Shown one piece after another: positions 8,393-17,950 of a DNA stretch of 64,000 nt (position 1 is its first letter; the number at the start of each line of letters is the position of its first letter). Both the position numbers and the translations under genes were made by a program. The notes beneath the pieces are model-generated. The model was not told where the DNA came from. It saw only the letters and a list, made by a program, of their open reading frames with translations, and did not search any database. This DNA comes from Candidatus Omnitrophota bacterium. Its GTDB lineage: Bacteria > Omnitrophota > Gorgyraeia > Gygaellales > Profunditerraquicolaceae. The DNA is taken from assembly GCA_963805065.1 (NCBI GenBank), contig CAWDSS010000016.1:1084-65083 (forward strand). The letters are read 5' to 3'.

Positions 8393-10723
8393 ATGAAACC
8401 CAGAATAAATTTTCTTATTTCCGTTCTTATAGCTTCTATTTTTATCGGTTTTGTATTAAGTTTCTTCTATAGCCGTTTGGTTATTTTCCCTCCGGACACT
8501 TTGAAAGAAGATAGGAATACGTTTTATCTGGATAAACCGGAGAAAAGTGATAATCGTTTAACAACATCTTTTGATTTGCCTTCTAATTCCTACCTTTTAA
8601 AGATCAAGCATATCTTCCAGGAAGGCCAGCCGCGGCAAATCTTATTCAATGGAACCCAGATAGATGCTGGTTTAATAATTTCTAATAAGAATAAAGGGGT
8701 TATAACCACCACCTACATCTATTTGCCTAGGAGACTCGTCAGGGAGGGGAAAAATACCATAGAGATACTTTTTCTCAAGAATCATCCTCCAGATGTGAAT
8801 ATTATTTTGACCAACTATTATAAAAATATAGGAGATCAATTTGCTTTAGTTTTTTCCGATTCAGTATTTTTTAACCACCGTCCTAAGTTCTCATTTACGA
8901 ATATACTTTTAAGTATAATCTTAGTGTTTACAGTATTCGTAGCAATGTCTTTGCTTTTAAATAGCATATTTTCTTTAGGTATGCGGAAGTATTTTTTGTA
9001 TCAGGTTTATTCTTCTATTCCTTTTCTTATTTTTTTATTTTTATTAACTATTATTCCTCAGAGTGTAAATAAAATATATAAAACAGCCATTATCCACGAT
9101 TCCTTCTTTGGCCTTGGTTTTTGCTCTTTTTTTATCACCCAAGCTTATTTAGTAATTAGAAAATATACCACTATAAAGGCAAGGTATCTTAATAAATTAA
9201 CTCAACTGTGGCAGGTCGTTATGAGTAATAAGATTCTGATTCTGCCTATCGTTGTTATCGTATACACAGTATTTGTTTTATTGAGCTTGACAAAAGAACC
9301 TCCGGTCCACTTTGATGAAGTAGCCTTTGCTAACAACGCACACTATGCATTTGATAGGAATGAATTTAGCGAAGCATCAAGGCCATTTAGCGGACAACTA
9401 CCTGCCCCAGGAAAAGTAACATTAATTATGAATCCACCCGCTTATCTATGGTTATTAGCTATTGCTACGCATTGCTTTGGATTGAATATTTATACGGTAA
9501 GGCTGACTTCTTTTTTGATAGGGATACTTCTTTTGTTTTCTTTCTTTTTCATCCTAAGGAAAATCATAAATAATGATATCTTGTTATTGTCAGTTTTATT
9601 TCTACTTGCGGTAGATCGTGATTTTATACGTGCTTCCAGATTTGGCAGGTCAGACATTTTAACCGTTTTTTTTATAACCCTAGCATTACTTTTTTATATA
9701 AAAACTTTAGAAGAGGATAATATTAAAGATTACTTTCTTACTGGATTATTTTCCGGCCTTTCATTTATGACTCACTTAGCATTAGGGTTACTCCCTTTGG
9801 TGCTTACAAATCTGCATTTTCTTTTAACCAACAAACTCAAAAAAGCGGTTTTCAGGAAATCACTATTTTTAATAATGCCGGCTTTAATATTTTTTGTATT
9901 ATGGATAGTATCCTTTATTCTTCCTGCCTTTTTACACAATCCGGGATTATTTAAAAATACACTTTCAGTATTTACACAAAGATCGGCGGCAGTCAAGGGA
10001 GTTTTCTTAACGCACCTAAGCGGTTTGATAGGAGGTGGTCGTGCGTACTATTATGTGAGATTTTACATTTATATATGTTTACTCTTTCCTTTAGCCATTC
10101 TTTTAAGAAATAAAACCGGCATAAGATTATTCCTTATACTGGTATATTTATTTATTTATTCCTTTATGCTTTTCATTGGAAGCCACTGGTATACAGTATT
10201 GTTAACGCCCTTAACGTGTTTGGCCTTCGTTTATTTAATAAAAGAAAAAGGGAAATATCAAAAATTGCTCATAGCGTTTTTAGTTATAGTTATTAGTTGC
10301 AATATCGCTTGTCAGGAACGAATTATAAGGAATAACAGGCATCAGCCATATTCATATGAAAACTATTCAAAGCGGCTGTCTAATTATTTGCCGATGGGCG
10401 CTAAGGTGTTAGTATTTGATTTATTTCCCGATCCATATTTCTACTTTGCTTCTTATAGAAAAGATCTAAAGTTAGAATTTCTATATAATTTTGGTATGGA
10501 TAGAGATAGAAAGAAAGAAGTAATAAAGACCGCTGATTATATTATAGTAGGGGGGAATCTTGCGGCAAAAAAAGATTCTCCAGATCGTGAGTTCTTAATA
10601 TCTTATGCGTTGAGTCATTCGCAATCCATTGTTTCCTTGGATGAGCGGGGAGCGCTAGTAGCTATATTTAATATGAAAAAACCAAATAAGGCAAGTGTCA
10701 TTAATCAAGGGAAATTTAGTTAA
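8393..10723 (+). CDS. large polytopic membrane protein, GT-C fold (ArnT/PMT, GT39/83-like) glycosyltransferase with extra N-terminal extracytoplasmic domain
   Basis: more than 12 hydrophobic segments; HFDEVAF acidic motif in the first loop after a TM helix, as in ArnT/PMT_2 enzymes. Confidence 0.5.
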   Translation: MKPRINFLISVLIASIFIGFVLSFFYSRLVIFPPDTLKEDRNTFYLDKPEKSDNRLTTSFDLPSNSYLLKIKHIFQEGQPRQILFNGTQIDAGLIISNKNKGVITTTYIYLPRRLVREGKNTIEILFLKNHPPDVNIILTNYYKNIGDQFALVFSDSVFFNHRPKFSFTNILLSIILVFTVFVAMSLLLNSIFSLGMRKYFLYQVYSSIPFLIFLFLLTIIPQSVNKIYKTAIIHDSFFGLGFCSFFITQAYLVIRKYTTIKARYLNKLTQLWQVVMSNKILILPIVVIVYTVFVLLSLTKEPPVHFDEVAFANNAHYAFDRNEFSEASRPFSGQLPAPGKVTLIMNPPAYLWLLAIATHCFGLNIYTVRLTSFLIGILLLFSFFFILRKIINNDILLLSVLFLLAVDRDFIRASRFGRSDILTVFFITLALLFYIKTLEEDNIKDYFLTGLFSGLSFMTHLALGLLPLVLTNLHFLLTNKLKKAVFRKSLFLIMPALIFFVLWIVSFILPAFLHNPGLFKNTLSVFTQRSAAVKGVFLTHLSGLIGGGRAYYYVRFYIYICLLFPLAILLRNKTGIRLFLILVYLFIYSFMLFIGSHWYTVLLTPLTCLAFVYLIKEKGKYQKLLIAFLVIVISCNIACQERIIRNNRHQPYSYENYSKRLSNYLPMGAKVLVFDLFPDPYFYFASYRKDLKLEFLYNFGMDRDRKKEVIKTADYIIVGGNLAAKKDSPDREFLISYALSHSQSIVSLDERGALVAIFNMKKPNKASVINQGKFS

Positions 10724-11633
10724 ACTGGAAAACCTAAATTTAGATAAAATGAATAATATCTGTGGGCTTTGTAAAGGCTCAAACACTGTGAAACTTTTTA
10801 CCACATGCAATATCCATGGTAGGTATATTCTAAATAAAAATGATGTTTTTGATATATTTAGATGCGATGATTGTGGTTTAGTTTTTGTTTCTGATGTTGT
10901 AGTTAATCAAGCGTATTATTCAAAATATTATGCGCAAAATTATTATTATCCTTCAGGTAGTTTTTCTACCACGGCAGTCGGATTATTATCCAAAATTTCT
11001 TTAAAGATAAAGGAAAAGCAAATACTAAAATATACTAAGCTTGACAAATCAAGAAAAGTAAGAATTCTTGATATCGGGTGTGGTTGCGGAGATTTTTTAG
11101 TAAATTTAAGCCATAACCGATTCGAGAAATTCGGAATTGAGATAAATCCAGATGGTTTTAACGCCTGTAAGAATAAAAGTATAAAAGTATATAACCAGGA
11201 GATCCAAGATGTTGATTTTGAGGATAATTCCTTCGATGTTGTTACGTTGTGGCATGTTCTCGAGCATTTTAAGGACCCTGTGTTGGTATTGAAACAGGTA
11301 AAAAGAATTCTATCGAAAAACGGAGTATTGATTATAGCTACGCCTAATACTGATAGTTTAGGATTTAAGTTTGGCAATAAATTTTGGTTTCATTTAGATT
11401 CACCCAGGCATTTGATGCTATATAACAGAAAATCTATAACAGCTTTATTAAAACAAGTAGGTTTCAGTTATAGTGAAGAGAGTAACGCTTACTATGATTA
11501 TCCTTTAGACTTATTTTGGTCAATTAGGTTTTCTGTAAGCAAGTTAATTATTTATCCTCTATATTTATTATTTAAACTATTAGACAAAGAAAATTTGCTC
11601 TTAATTTGCGAAAGAATTCAAGTTAATCAATAA
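10695..11633 (+). CDS. class I SAM-dependent methyltransferase with N-terminal Cys4 zinc-ribbon-like segment (start uncertain; ATG at 10749 is an alternative)
   Basis: CGLCKG...CDDCG, then ILDIGCGCGDF, LWHVLEHF, LIIATPN motifs. Confidence 0.7.
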   Translation: MSLIKGNLVKLENLNLDKMNNICGLCKGSNTVKLFTTCNIHGRYILNKNDVFDIFRCDDCGLVFVSDVVVNQAYYSKYYAQNYYYPSGSFSTTAVGLLSKISLKIKEKQILKYTKLDKSRKVRILDIGCGCGDFLVNLSHNRFEKFGIEINPDGFNACKNKSIKVYNQEIQDVDFEDNSFDVVTLWHVLEHFKDPVLVLKQVKRILSKNGVLIIATPNTDSLGFKFGNKFWFHLDSPRHLMLYNRKSITALLKQVGFSYSEESNAYYDYPLDLFWSIRFSVSKLIIYPLYLLFKLLDKENLLLICERIQVNQ

Positions 11634-11752
11634 ATTTTTGTGCGAGATTTTATTAATTAATCATAAATTGTAATGCAATAAAAGTAAGTGCGAACAAATT
11701 TTAAAAAATTAAATGTGTATATTTAAAATTCTTTCAATTTAATTTAGAAAAA

Positions 11753-12388
11753 ATGGTTAATTTAGGCTTGAAAATTTCTAGTAATAAACATAGCTGGGAT
11801 TGGATTACTTTAATGCAGGTATATAAATCAATAGTTAATGAGAAATCAATTGTGCTAGAAATAGGAGCCTCGAGTCTGGAAAGAACAGTTGAACTCAGTG
11901 AATTTTGTTGTAAACTCACTGGTGTTGAAATTAGGCCCGATAGAATCAGACGAAATTTCAATAATGTTGAATATATACTAGGAGACTGGCAAAATTTAAC
12001 ATCTGTAATTCCTAATAATAGCATTGATATTCTCGTAAGTAGCCATGTCATTGAGCACATAAAAGATGATCTTCTAGCGATTAATGAAACATACAGAGTT
12101 CTTAAAAAAGGTGGAGTAGCGTTGTTGACTACCCCAAATAGAGATAGAATCGTCAGAATAATCATTGAAATTATCATGGGGAAAAGGAAGTTTCCCTACT
12201 GGGAACATGAACGGGAATATAATGAGCAAGACTTATTTAATTTGCTAAATAAAAGTTGTTTTAAACAATTCAAAATTACTCCTATTGTTTTAGGAATACA
12301 CGGTGGACATTTATTCATATATTTTAAGAAAGCAAATTCGCATTTACGTAAATATTCAAATTTTTTTCTAATTGAATTATATAGGTAG
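11753..12388 (+). CDS. class I SAM-dependent methyltransferase (divergent)
   Basis: VLEIGASS, SSHVIEHIKDD, LKKGGVALLTTPN motifs; sampled lines look more AT-rich than the flanks. Confidence 0.6.
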   Translation: MVNLGLKISSNKHSWDWITLMQVYKSIVNEKSIVLEIGASSLERTVELSEFCCKLTGVEIRPDRIRRNFNNVEYILGDWQNLTSVIPNNSIDILVSSHVIEHIKDDLLAINETYRVLKKGGVALLTTPNRDRIVRIIIEIIMGKRKFPYWEHEREYNEQDLFNLLNKSCFKQFKITPIVLGIHGGHLFIYFKKANSHLRKYSNFFLIELYR

Positions 12389-12466
12389 ATTTGCATGTTC
12401 AAAAATAGCAAGGTTTACCGCAGGTTAAACTTAAAAAGTGAATAAGAAATTTATCAAAGATTAAGA

Positions 12467-14320
12467 ATGAAGAAAAATATAATCATATTTATTATTTTTG
12501 CAATTTTAATTTCAACAACAACCTTTCCTCTAGTTTTTAAAATTACCACGCATATACCAGGTTTTTTTTCAAGCGATGAGTCGTATGGCTCAATTTGGAA
12601 CAGCTGGCGGATTAAATATTCCATAATTAATCATGCTTCATTAACGCATACCCAGTTCATCGCGTATCCATATGGTATGAATTTGTATAGTTCTTCAATG
12701 TTTTTCTATTTATGGCTGGCAGCGTTTAATTTGTTAAGCTTTTTAACTACACCAATTCTGACCTACAATATCATAGTTCTTATCGGTCTTTTTTTAAGTG
12801 CGATATTTGCTTATATATTGATTTTATATCTGACTAAAAATAAGCTGAGTTCTATCTTTGGCGCGATCATTTTTGCGTTTTGCCCTTACCAGTTTGCAAG
12901 AATATGGCAGCATCCGGGCTTAACTCAAAATGGATGGATTCCATTTGCAGTATTTACGGCTTTTTTTCTTAAGGACCGATTGACGCTAAAATCCGGTATT
13001 TTGTTTGTGGCGGGTTTGGCCATACCATTTTATCTTGATTGGACGGTTACCTACTTTGTGTATATCTCTATTGCTGTCTTATTAGGTTACGTCATAGCTT
13101 ATAATTGGCGGGTTAAATTTAAAAACTTAATAGAGCTAAAAAAAGACGCGAGTTATTTTAAAAGGATTATTTTGTTTGGTCTGATTGCGTTTGCTATATG
13201 TTTGCCGCAGATTTTTCCTTTTGTTAAAAATGCAATGAAAATCTCTCTACACTCTCAGGCTTCAGCATTTAATGCCTATCATCGATCCTTCGAGGACTTA
13301 TTTAGTCAATCCGCAAAACCCTTGAGTTATTTTTTGCCAGCAGCTGTTCATCCTGTTTTTGGTAAGTTTACTGAACAGTTTATAGGTTCGCCTTTGTATG
13401 GAGAAAGTTTTACCGAGCATACGCTATATTTAGGATGGATCCCCATTATTCTGGCTTTTGTTGCTATAAGAAGATGGAAGAGAAATAGAAAAAAACAGGG
13501 ACAGTCCCCTTCGGGGACAGTCCCTGTTGATAATGATAATTTCTACATCGGATTTTTTATATTTTTGGCAATCGTGGCCTGGCTTTTCTCACAGCCGCCA
13601 TGGTGGAAGTTCGGGTCAATAAGAATATTTATGCCCTCATTTTTTATGTATAGAATCTTACCGATGTACAGGGCTTATTGCCGGTTTGGGATTGTAGTGA
13701 TGTTAGCAGTTGCGGTTTTAGCTGGATTTGGGCTTAAGTTTATTTTAGAGAGATTTAAAAGCCAAAAAACAAAAATAGTCATTACTTGTTTATTTTCAGG
13801 TTTAGTCTTATTTGAATTCTGGAACTGGCCGCCTTATAAAGTTATCGATGTTTCAAGGGTGCCGGCTGTGTACTATTGGCTTAAGAGTAATCCGGGTGAC
13901 TTTGCGGTCGCTGAGTATCCCCTAGATGATAACGGGCCAAATGAGATGTATAAGTTTTATCAGACTACGCATGAGAAGAAGATCATCAACGGCACAATTC
14001 CCGGCACATATGCAAATGATGTCGCTAAGACTATAACCAGATTATCTGAGCCAAAAACCGCTTCGATTCTTAAATGGATGGGTGTAAAGTATGTTATTGT
14101 CCATAGGGACGAGTATTTAAGAACTGGGCTTATCGATGAGTTAGGGGAATTAAGCAGAATAGGGCAAAGCCCTTATTTGAGATTAATAAAATCTTTTCCT
14201 GAAGAGGTATGCCCCAATAAACAGATAATGTGTGTTCAAAAGACCGGGCCTATTGATGTCTATTCACTAGAATCGATTCCTTCACCTCCGGCTGTGTCAA
14301 ATAAAAGGGAGGTACGATGA
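12467..14320 (+). CDS. polytopic membrane protein, possible GT-C-type/YfhO-like glycosyltransferase; carries an in-frame palindromic repeat
   Basis: many TM segments, acidic SDES motif in the first loop, large C-terminal soluble domain; no specific family recognised with certainty. Confidence 0.4.
   Translation: MKKNIIIFIIFAILISTTTFPLVFKITTHIPGFFSSDESYGSIWNSWRIKYSIINHASLTHTQFIAYPYGMNLYSSSMFFYLWLAAFNLLSFLTTPILTYNIIVLIGLFLSAIFAYILILYLTKNKLSSIFGAIIFAFCPYQFARIWQHPGLTQNGWIPFAVFTAFFLKDRLTLKSGILFVAGLAIPFYLDWTVTYFVYISIAVLLGYVIAYNWRVKFKNLIELKKDASYFKRIILFGLIAFAICLPQIFPFVKNAMKISLHSQASAFNAYHRSFEDLFSQSAKPLSYFLPAAVHPVFGKFTEQFIGSPLYGESFTEHTLYLGWIPIILAFVAIRRWKRNRKKQGQSPSGTVPVDNDNFYIGFFIFLAIVAWLFSQPPWWKFGSIRIFMPSFFMYRILPMYRAYCRFGIVVMLAVAVLAGFGLKFILERFKSQKTKIVITCLFSGLVLFEFWNWPPYKVIDVSRVPAVYYWLKSNPGDFAVAEYPLDDNGPNEMYKFYQTTHEKKIINGTIPGTYANDVAKTITRLSEPKTASILKWMGVKYVIVHRDEYLRTGLIDELGELSRIGQSPYLRLIKSFPEEVCPNKQIMCVQKTGPIDVYSLESIPSPPAVSNKREVR
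13496..13526 (+). repeat. intragenic copy of the GGGGACAGTCCCC palindrome (related to the gap terminator), in frame within the 617-aa membrane protein
   Basis: CAGGGACAGTCCCC-TTC-GGGGACAGTCCCTG: 13 of 14 stem positions pair; encodes QGQSPSGTVP. Confidence 0.75.
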
Positions 14321-15090
14321 GTAGAATATTAAAGTATATCGGGTTAGTGGTAATTGTAGCTTTGCTCATGGCAGTGCTTATTAATGCTTACAACAGCCAG
14401 CCTTCTGTTATAATCAGCAAGGTTTTTAAAAATGTAAATCTTAAACCGCAGGCGCTTAAGTATAGGGCTTATGGTTTTGGATTCATACCTTTGGGAGAGG
14501 CGTTGTTTAATAAAGCTCAAAGCGAAGAATTAAACGGCGTTAAGGTTTATCATTGCCATGCCACGGCTAAAAGCCTGGATATGGTTTCGCTATTTTTCAA
14601 AGGAGAAGCTGTTTTAGATTCTTATGTTGACGCCAAGTCCGGTAATCCTATGCTATTCAGGCAAAAGGTGAGCGCCTCAGGTAAAGAGGCAGGCTTAAGA
14701 GAGGTTATTTACGATCAGAAACAAGGTTATATGACGCTCGCAGGGGTAAGACGCCAGATTGTCCCCAATACCCAGGACCCGCTTTCATTGATTTATAATC
14801 TTATGAGAATGGACTTTGAAAAAACCAAAACCATTGATTTTAGTATTAATACGAAACACAAGAATTATATCATCAAGGGAACTGTGGAAGCAAAAAGCAT
14901 AGTAGTATCCGGCAGCGAATATAAAATTTATACTGTTAAGGCCAGGATTAGGCGCAATTATGCCAATCCTTACCATCAGTCGCAGGCAACCATCATTTTT
15001 TTAAAGGCCGCAGATGAGAATATCCCTATTTTGATTAAAGTTTTTGCCAATGGTTTCCTGATTAATGCCAGGCTAGCGGAGGCAAGATAA
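14317..15090 (+). CDS. exported/anchored hypothetical protein (DUF3108-like by recollection)
   Basis: single N-terminal hydrophobic helix; beta-rich sequence pattern; 4-bp overlap with upstream gene. Confidence 0.35.
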   Translation: MSRILKYIGLVVIVALLMAVLINAYNSQPSVIISKVFKNVNLKPQALKYRAYGFGFIPLGEALFNKAQSEELNGVKVYHCHATAKSLDMVSLFFKGEAVLDSYVDAKSGNPMLFRQKVSASGKEAGLREVIYDQKQGYMTLAGVRRQIVPNTQDPLSLIYNLMRMDFEKTKTIDFSINTKHKNYIIKGTVEAKSIVVSGSEYKIYTVKARIRRNYANPYHQSQATIIFLKAADENIPILIKVFANGFLINARLAEAR

Positions 15091-15094
15091 GATA

Positions 15095-16552
15095 ATGAAA
15101 GCCAATTTTAATATTAAGGTTGTACTGCTGATATTAATCTTTCTTTTTGCTTTTGCTATCCGTCTCTACCAGTTTTCTTTGTTTGAATACAAGAATGACC
15201 AGTATTTTGCAATTATGCAGGGAAATTCCTCCCGAAGCCAGCACTTTCTAATTACGCATGGAATGGCTTCCGGAGTAAGAATTGATAACCCGCCATTTTT
15301 TCTATATTTTATGGGCTCAATAACAGCTTTTACCAATAGCCCATATTATCTAACTTTAATATTTTTTTGTATAAACATCATTGCGTTGATAATTTCCTTT
15401 ATTTATTTCTTTTCTGCGTTACCTATGGTTTTCGCAATTATAACCTCGGCATTGTTGGCTGTATCACCCGCCTTCACTATCTATTGCAGCAATATCTGGG
15501 CGCAATGCCTGCTGCCTTTTCTTATGATTCTGTTCAATGTATTCCTTTATAAATTCGTGATAAAAAAGAGGCTGGCTGATTTTATTATTTTAGTTATCCT
15601 TGCTTGTTTTGCCGCGCAGCTTCATATGACCGGATTTTTCCTGTTTTCATTACTTTTGATTTTGCTAATCATTTATAGAAAAGAGGCCGACAAACGGCTT
15701 ATTCTTTTCTCAGGTGTTTTGTCTTTCCTGATGTTTCTGCCGTATCTAATCCATATTTTTCTTGAGAAGGAAATTTTTAGGTTATTCTCCTATGCAACAT
15801 CAGTAGAACGCAATATTCCCTGGAATGTATTTAGAGAGCACTTGAGAATGTCTTCTTTTGATTTTTTCAGGTATTATTTCAGGTATGATTTTGATTCTGT
15901 CCTCGGGGCGGCAGCAGGTGCAGGAAGGTTTATAATCTATTCCTTAACCTGGATTCTTTCAGCTTTTTTTGTTTTTGGCTTTATCGCTTACCTGAAATGG
16001 TTAATCAAAGGCCGAAAGTTTTTTAATACGGATGTTAACTCAACAAAAAATTATCCCATACCTTTTCAGGTATCCGGTTTCATGGTAACCATCATAACGC
16101 TTTGTTATCTAGTTTTTAGAATAAAGACACCCATGCATTATTTTATAATCTTTTTTCCGGCTTACAGCATAATAACCGGTTTTTCAGCTATCAGGATTTG
16201 GAAGCTGGCATGGGGGAAAGCGGCGGTTGCTGCGGGAATCATTTCCACTGCCGTCCTTTTATTATCTATTCTCGCTTTTTTGGATAAAGCCGGCGGGCAT
16301 TATTATGAATATGGCCTGACTTATAAGAAAATGGTGTCATTGAGCAAAGAAGTGAAAGGGCTCCTGCCTGCCGGTTATTGCCCGGATTTAAAAATCAATT
16401 TTCTTGGCGAAGGAAAGACGGATGTAGAAGCAGCGCAGAATTTGATCAATCAAGAGCTGAAATGCCCCGGTAAGAGTGCGCTTCTGCCGGTTCAGATTAA
16501 TATTCAATGGGATGAGGAAGGCATGCAGTATAAATGCTTGGTTAAAAGATGA
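15095..16552 (+). CDS. polytopic membrane protein, GT-C/ArnT-like glycosyltransferase candidate
   Basis: about 12 TM segments, N-terminal TM followed by RLYQF... loop as in GT39-type proteins; directly followed by two polyprenyl-phosphate GT2 genes. Confidence 0.45.
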   Translation: MKANFNIKVVLLILIFLFAFAIRLYQFSLFEYKNDQYFAIMQGNSSRSQHFLITHGMASGVRIDNPPFFLYFMGSITAFTNSPYYLTLIFFCINIIALIISFIYFFSALPMVFAIITSALLAVSPAFTIYCSNIWAQCLLPFLMILFNVFLYKFVIKKRLADFIILVILACFAAQLHMTGFFLFSLLLILLIIYRKEADKRLILFSGVLSFLMFLPYLIHIFLEKEIFRLFSYATSVERNIPWNVFREHLRMSSFDFFRYYFRYDFDSVLGAAAGAGRFIIYSLTWILSAFFVFGFIAYLKWLIKGRKFFNTDVNSTKNYPIPFQVSGFMVTIITLCYLVFRIKTPMHYFIIFFPAYSIITGFSAIRIWKLAWGKAAVAAGIISTAVLLLSILAFLDKAGGHYYEYGLTYKKMVSLSKEVKGLLPAGYCPDLKINFLGEGKTDVEAAQNLINQELKCPGKSALLPVQINIQWDEEGMQYKCLVKR

Positions 16553-17247
16553 AATTGTCCGTAGTTGTGCCGGCGCATAATGAGGAAGAAAATATTTCAG
16601 ATGTTATTACAAGGCTGGAAAATTCTTTAGAAATGCCGTTTGAATTAATAGTAGTCAATGACCATTCGATTGACAATACTGCCTTACTGGTTGAAGGGTT
16701 AGCAAAACAATACAATAATATAATCTTGGTTGAAAATAAACTGAATAAAGGTTTTGCCAATGCCCTAAAGACGGGTTTTAACAAAGTTAGTGGGGATGCG
16801 GTTATCCCGATAATGGCTGACCTTTGCGATGATTTATCCAGCGTTAAAGAAATGCTTAACAAGATTAATGAAGGTTATGATGTAGTGTCAGGTTCAAGAT
16901 ACCTGGAAAGTGGAAAGCGTATAGGCGGTTCAAAAATAAAAGGGTTTTTATCCTGCCTTGCAGGAAAGTCGGTTAATTCTTTATTGGGAGTTCCTACGCA
17001 CGATATTACCAATTCTTTCAAGATGTACAGGAAGAAAGTGATAGACAGCATAAAAATCGAATCCTGCGCTTTCGAGGTATCGATGGAACTTCCGCTTAAA
17101 GCATATTATTTGGGATTTAAGATTACCGAAATTCCCACAGTTTGGAGAGAAAGGAGAAGAGGCAGCTCCAGCTTCAAAATACTAAAGTTACTTCCTAATT
17201 ATCTTAAGCTCTATATCTGGGCAATTTTTAAAAAACTTTCGAGGTGA
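16549..17247 (+). CDS. GT2 polyprenyl-phosphate glycosyltransferase (DPM1/ArnC/GtrB-like)
   Basis: LSVVVPAHNEEENI...VVNDHSIDNT...MADLCDD motifs. Confidence 0.8.
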   Translation: MKLSVVVPAHNEEENISDVITRLENSLEMPFELIVVNDHSIDNTALLVEGLAKQYNNIILVENKLNKGFANALKTGFNKVSGDAVIPIMADLCDDLSSVKEMLNKINEGYDVVSGSRYLESGKRIGGSKIKGFLSCLAGKSVNSLLGVPTHDITNSFKMYRKKVIDSIKIESCAFEVSMELPLKAYYLGFKITEIPTVWRERRRGSSSFKILKLLPNYLKLYIWAIFKKLSR

Positions 17248-17939
17248 ATATGCCGCAACTTTCAGTGATAATCCCGGTTTATAATGAAGCCAATACTATA
17301 AGAGCTATCCTGGAGAAAATAAATCAGGTGGCTATTGATAAGGAAATAATAGTTATTGACGATTGTTCAAAAGACGGTACGCAAAATATATTACAGGATA
17401 TTTTAAGAAACCCGGAATTTAACAATGTTAAGGTTATGTATCATTCATACAATAAAGGCAAAGGGGAATCTGTTATAGACGGGTTAAATCAATCAGGGGC
17501 AAAATATGTGATAATACAGGATGCGGATTTAGAATACGACCCCAATGAATATTTTAACTTGTTAAAGCCGCTTTTAGAAAATAAGGCTGATATTGTCCTG
17601 GGCGCTCGTTTTACAAAAGGCCACACTGGCCTTAAGTTGCACCGGTTAGGCAATAAATTCCTGACTGCTTTCCTGAATTTTATGTTTGGTAGCCATTTTA
17701 ATGATTATCTTACTTGTTACAAAATGGCTCCTAAAGATGTACTTATTAGTTTGCAGCTGGAATCAAAAGGCTTTGATATAGAAGCTGAAATAGTGAGCAA
17801 AGCACTTAAGAAATGTTTAAGAATAATAGAGGTGCCTATTTCGTATTATCCACGCAGTTTCGCTGAGGGAAAAAAGATAAGGTGGCTTGACGGTATTCAA
17901 CAGATAAAAAGTATTTTAAAATATCGTTTTTCTGGCTAA
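17244..17939 (+). CDS. GT2 polyprenyl-phosphate glycosyltransferase (DPM1/ArnC/GtrB-like), tandem paralog
   Basis: LSVIIPVYNEANTI...VIDDCSKDGT...IQDADLEYDP motifs. Confidence 0.8.
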   Translation: MNMPQLSVIIPVYNEANTIRAILEKINQVAIDKEIIVIDDCSKDGTQNILQDILRNPEFNNVKVMYHSYNKGKGESVIDGLNQSGAKYVIIQDADLEYDPNEYFNLLKPLLENKADIVLGARFTKGHTGLKLHRLGNKFLTAFLNFMFGSHFNDYLTCYKMAPKDVLISLQLESKGFDIEAEIVSKALKKCLRIIEVPISYYPRSFAEGKKIRWLDGIQQIKSILKYRFSG

Positions 17940-17950
17940 AGAATGTATAT

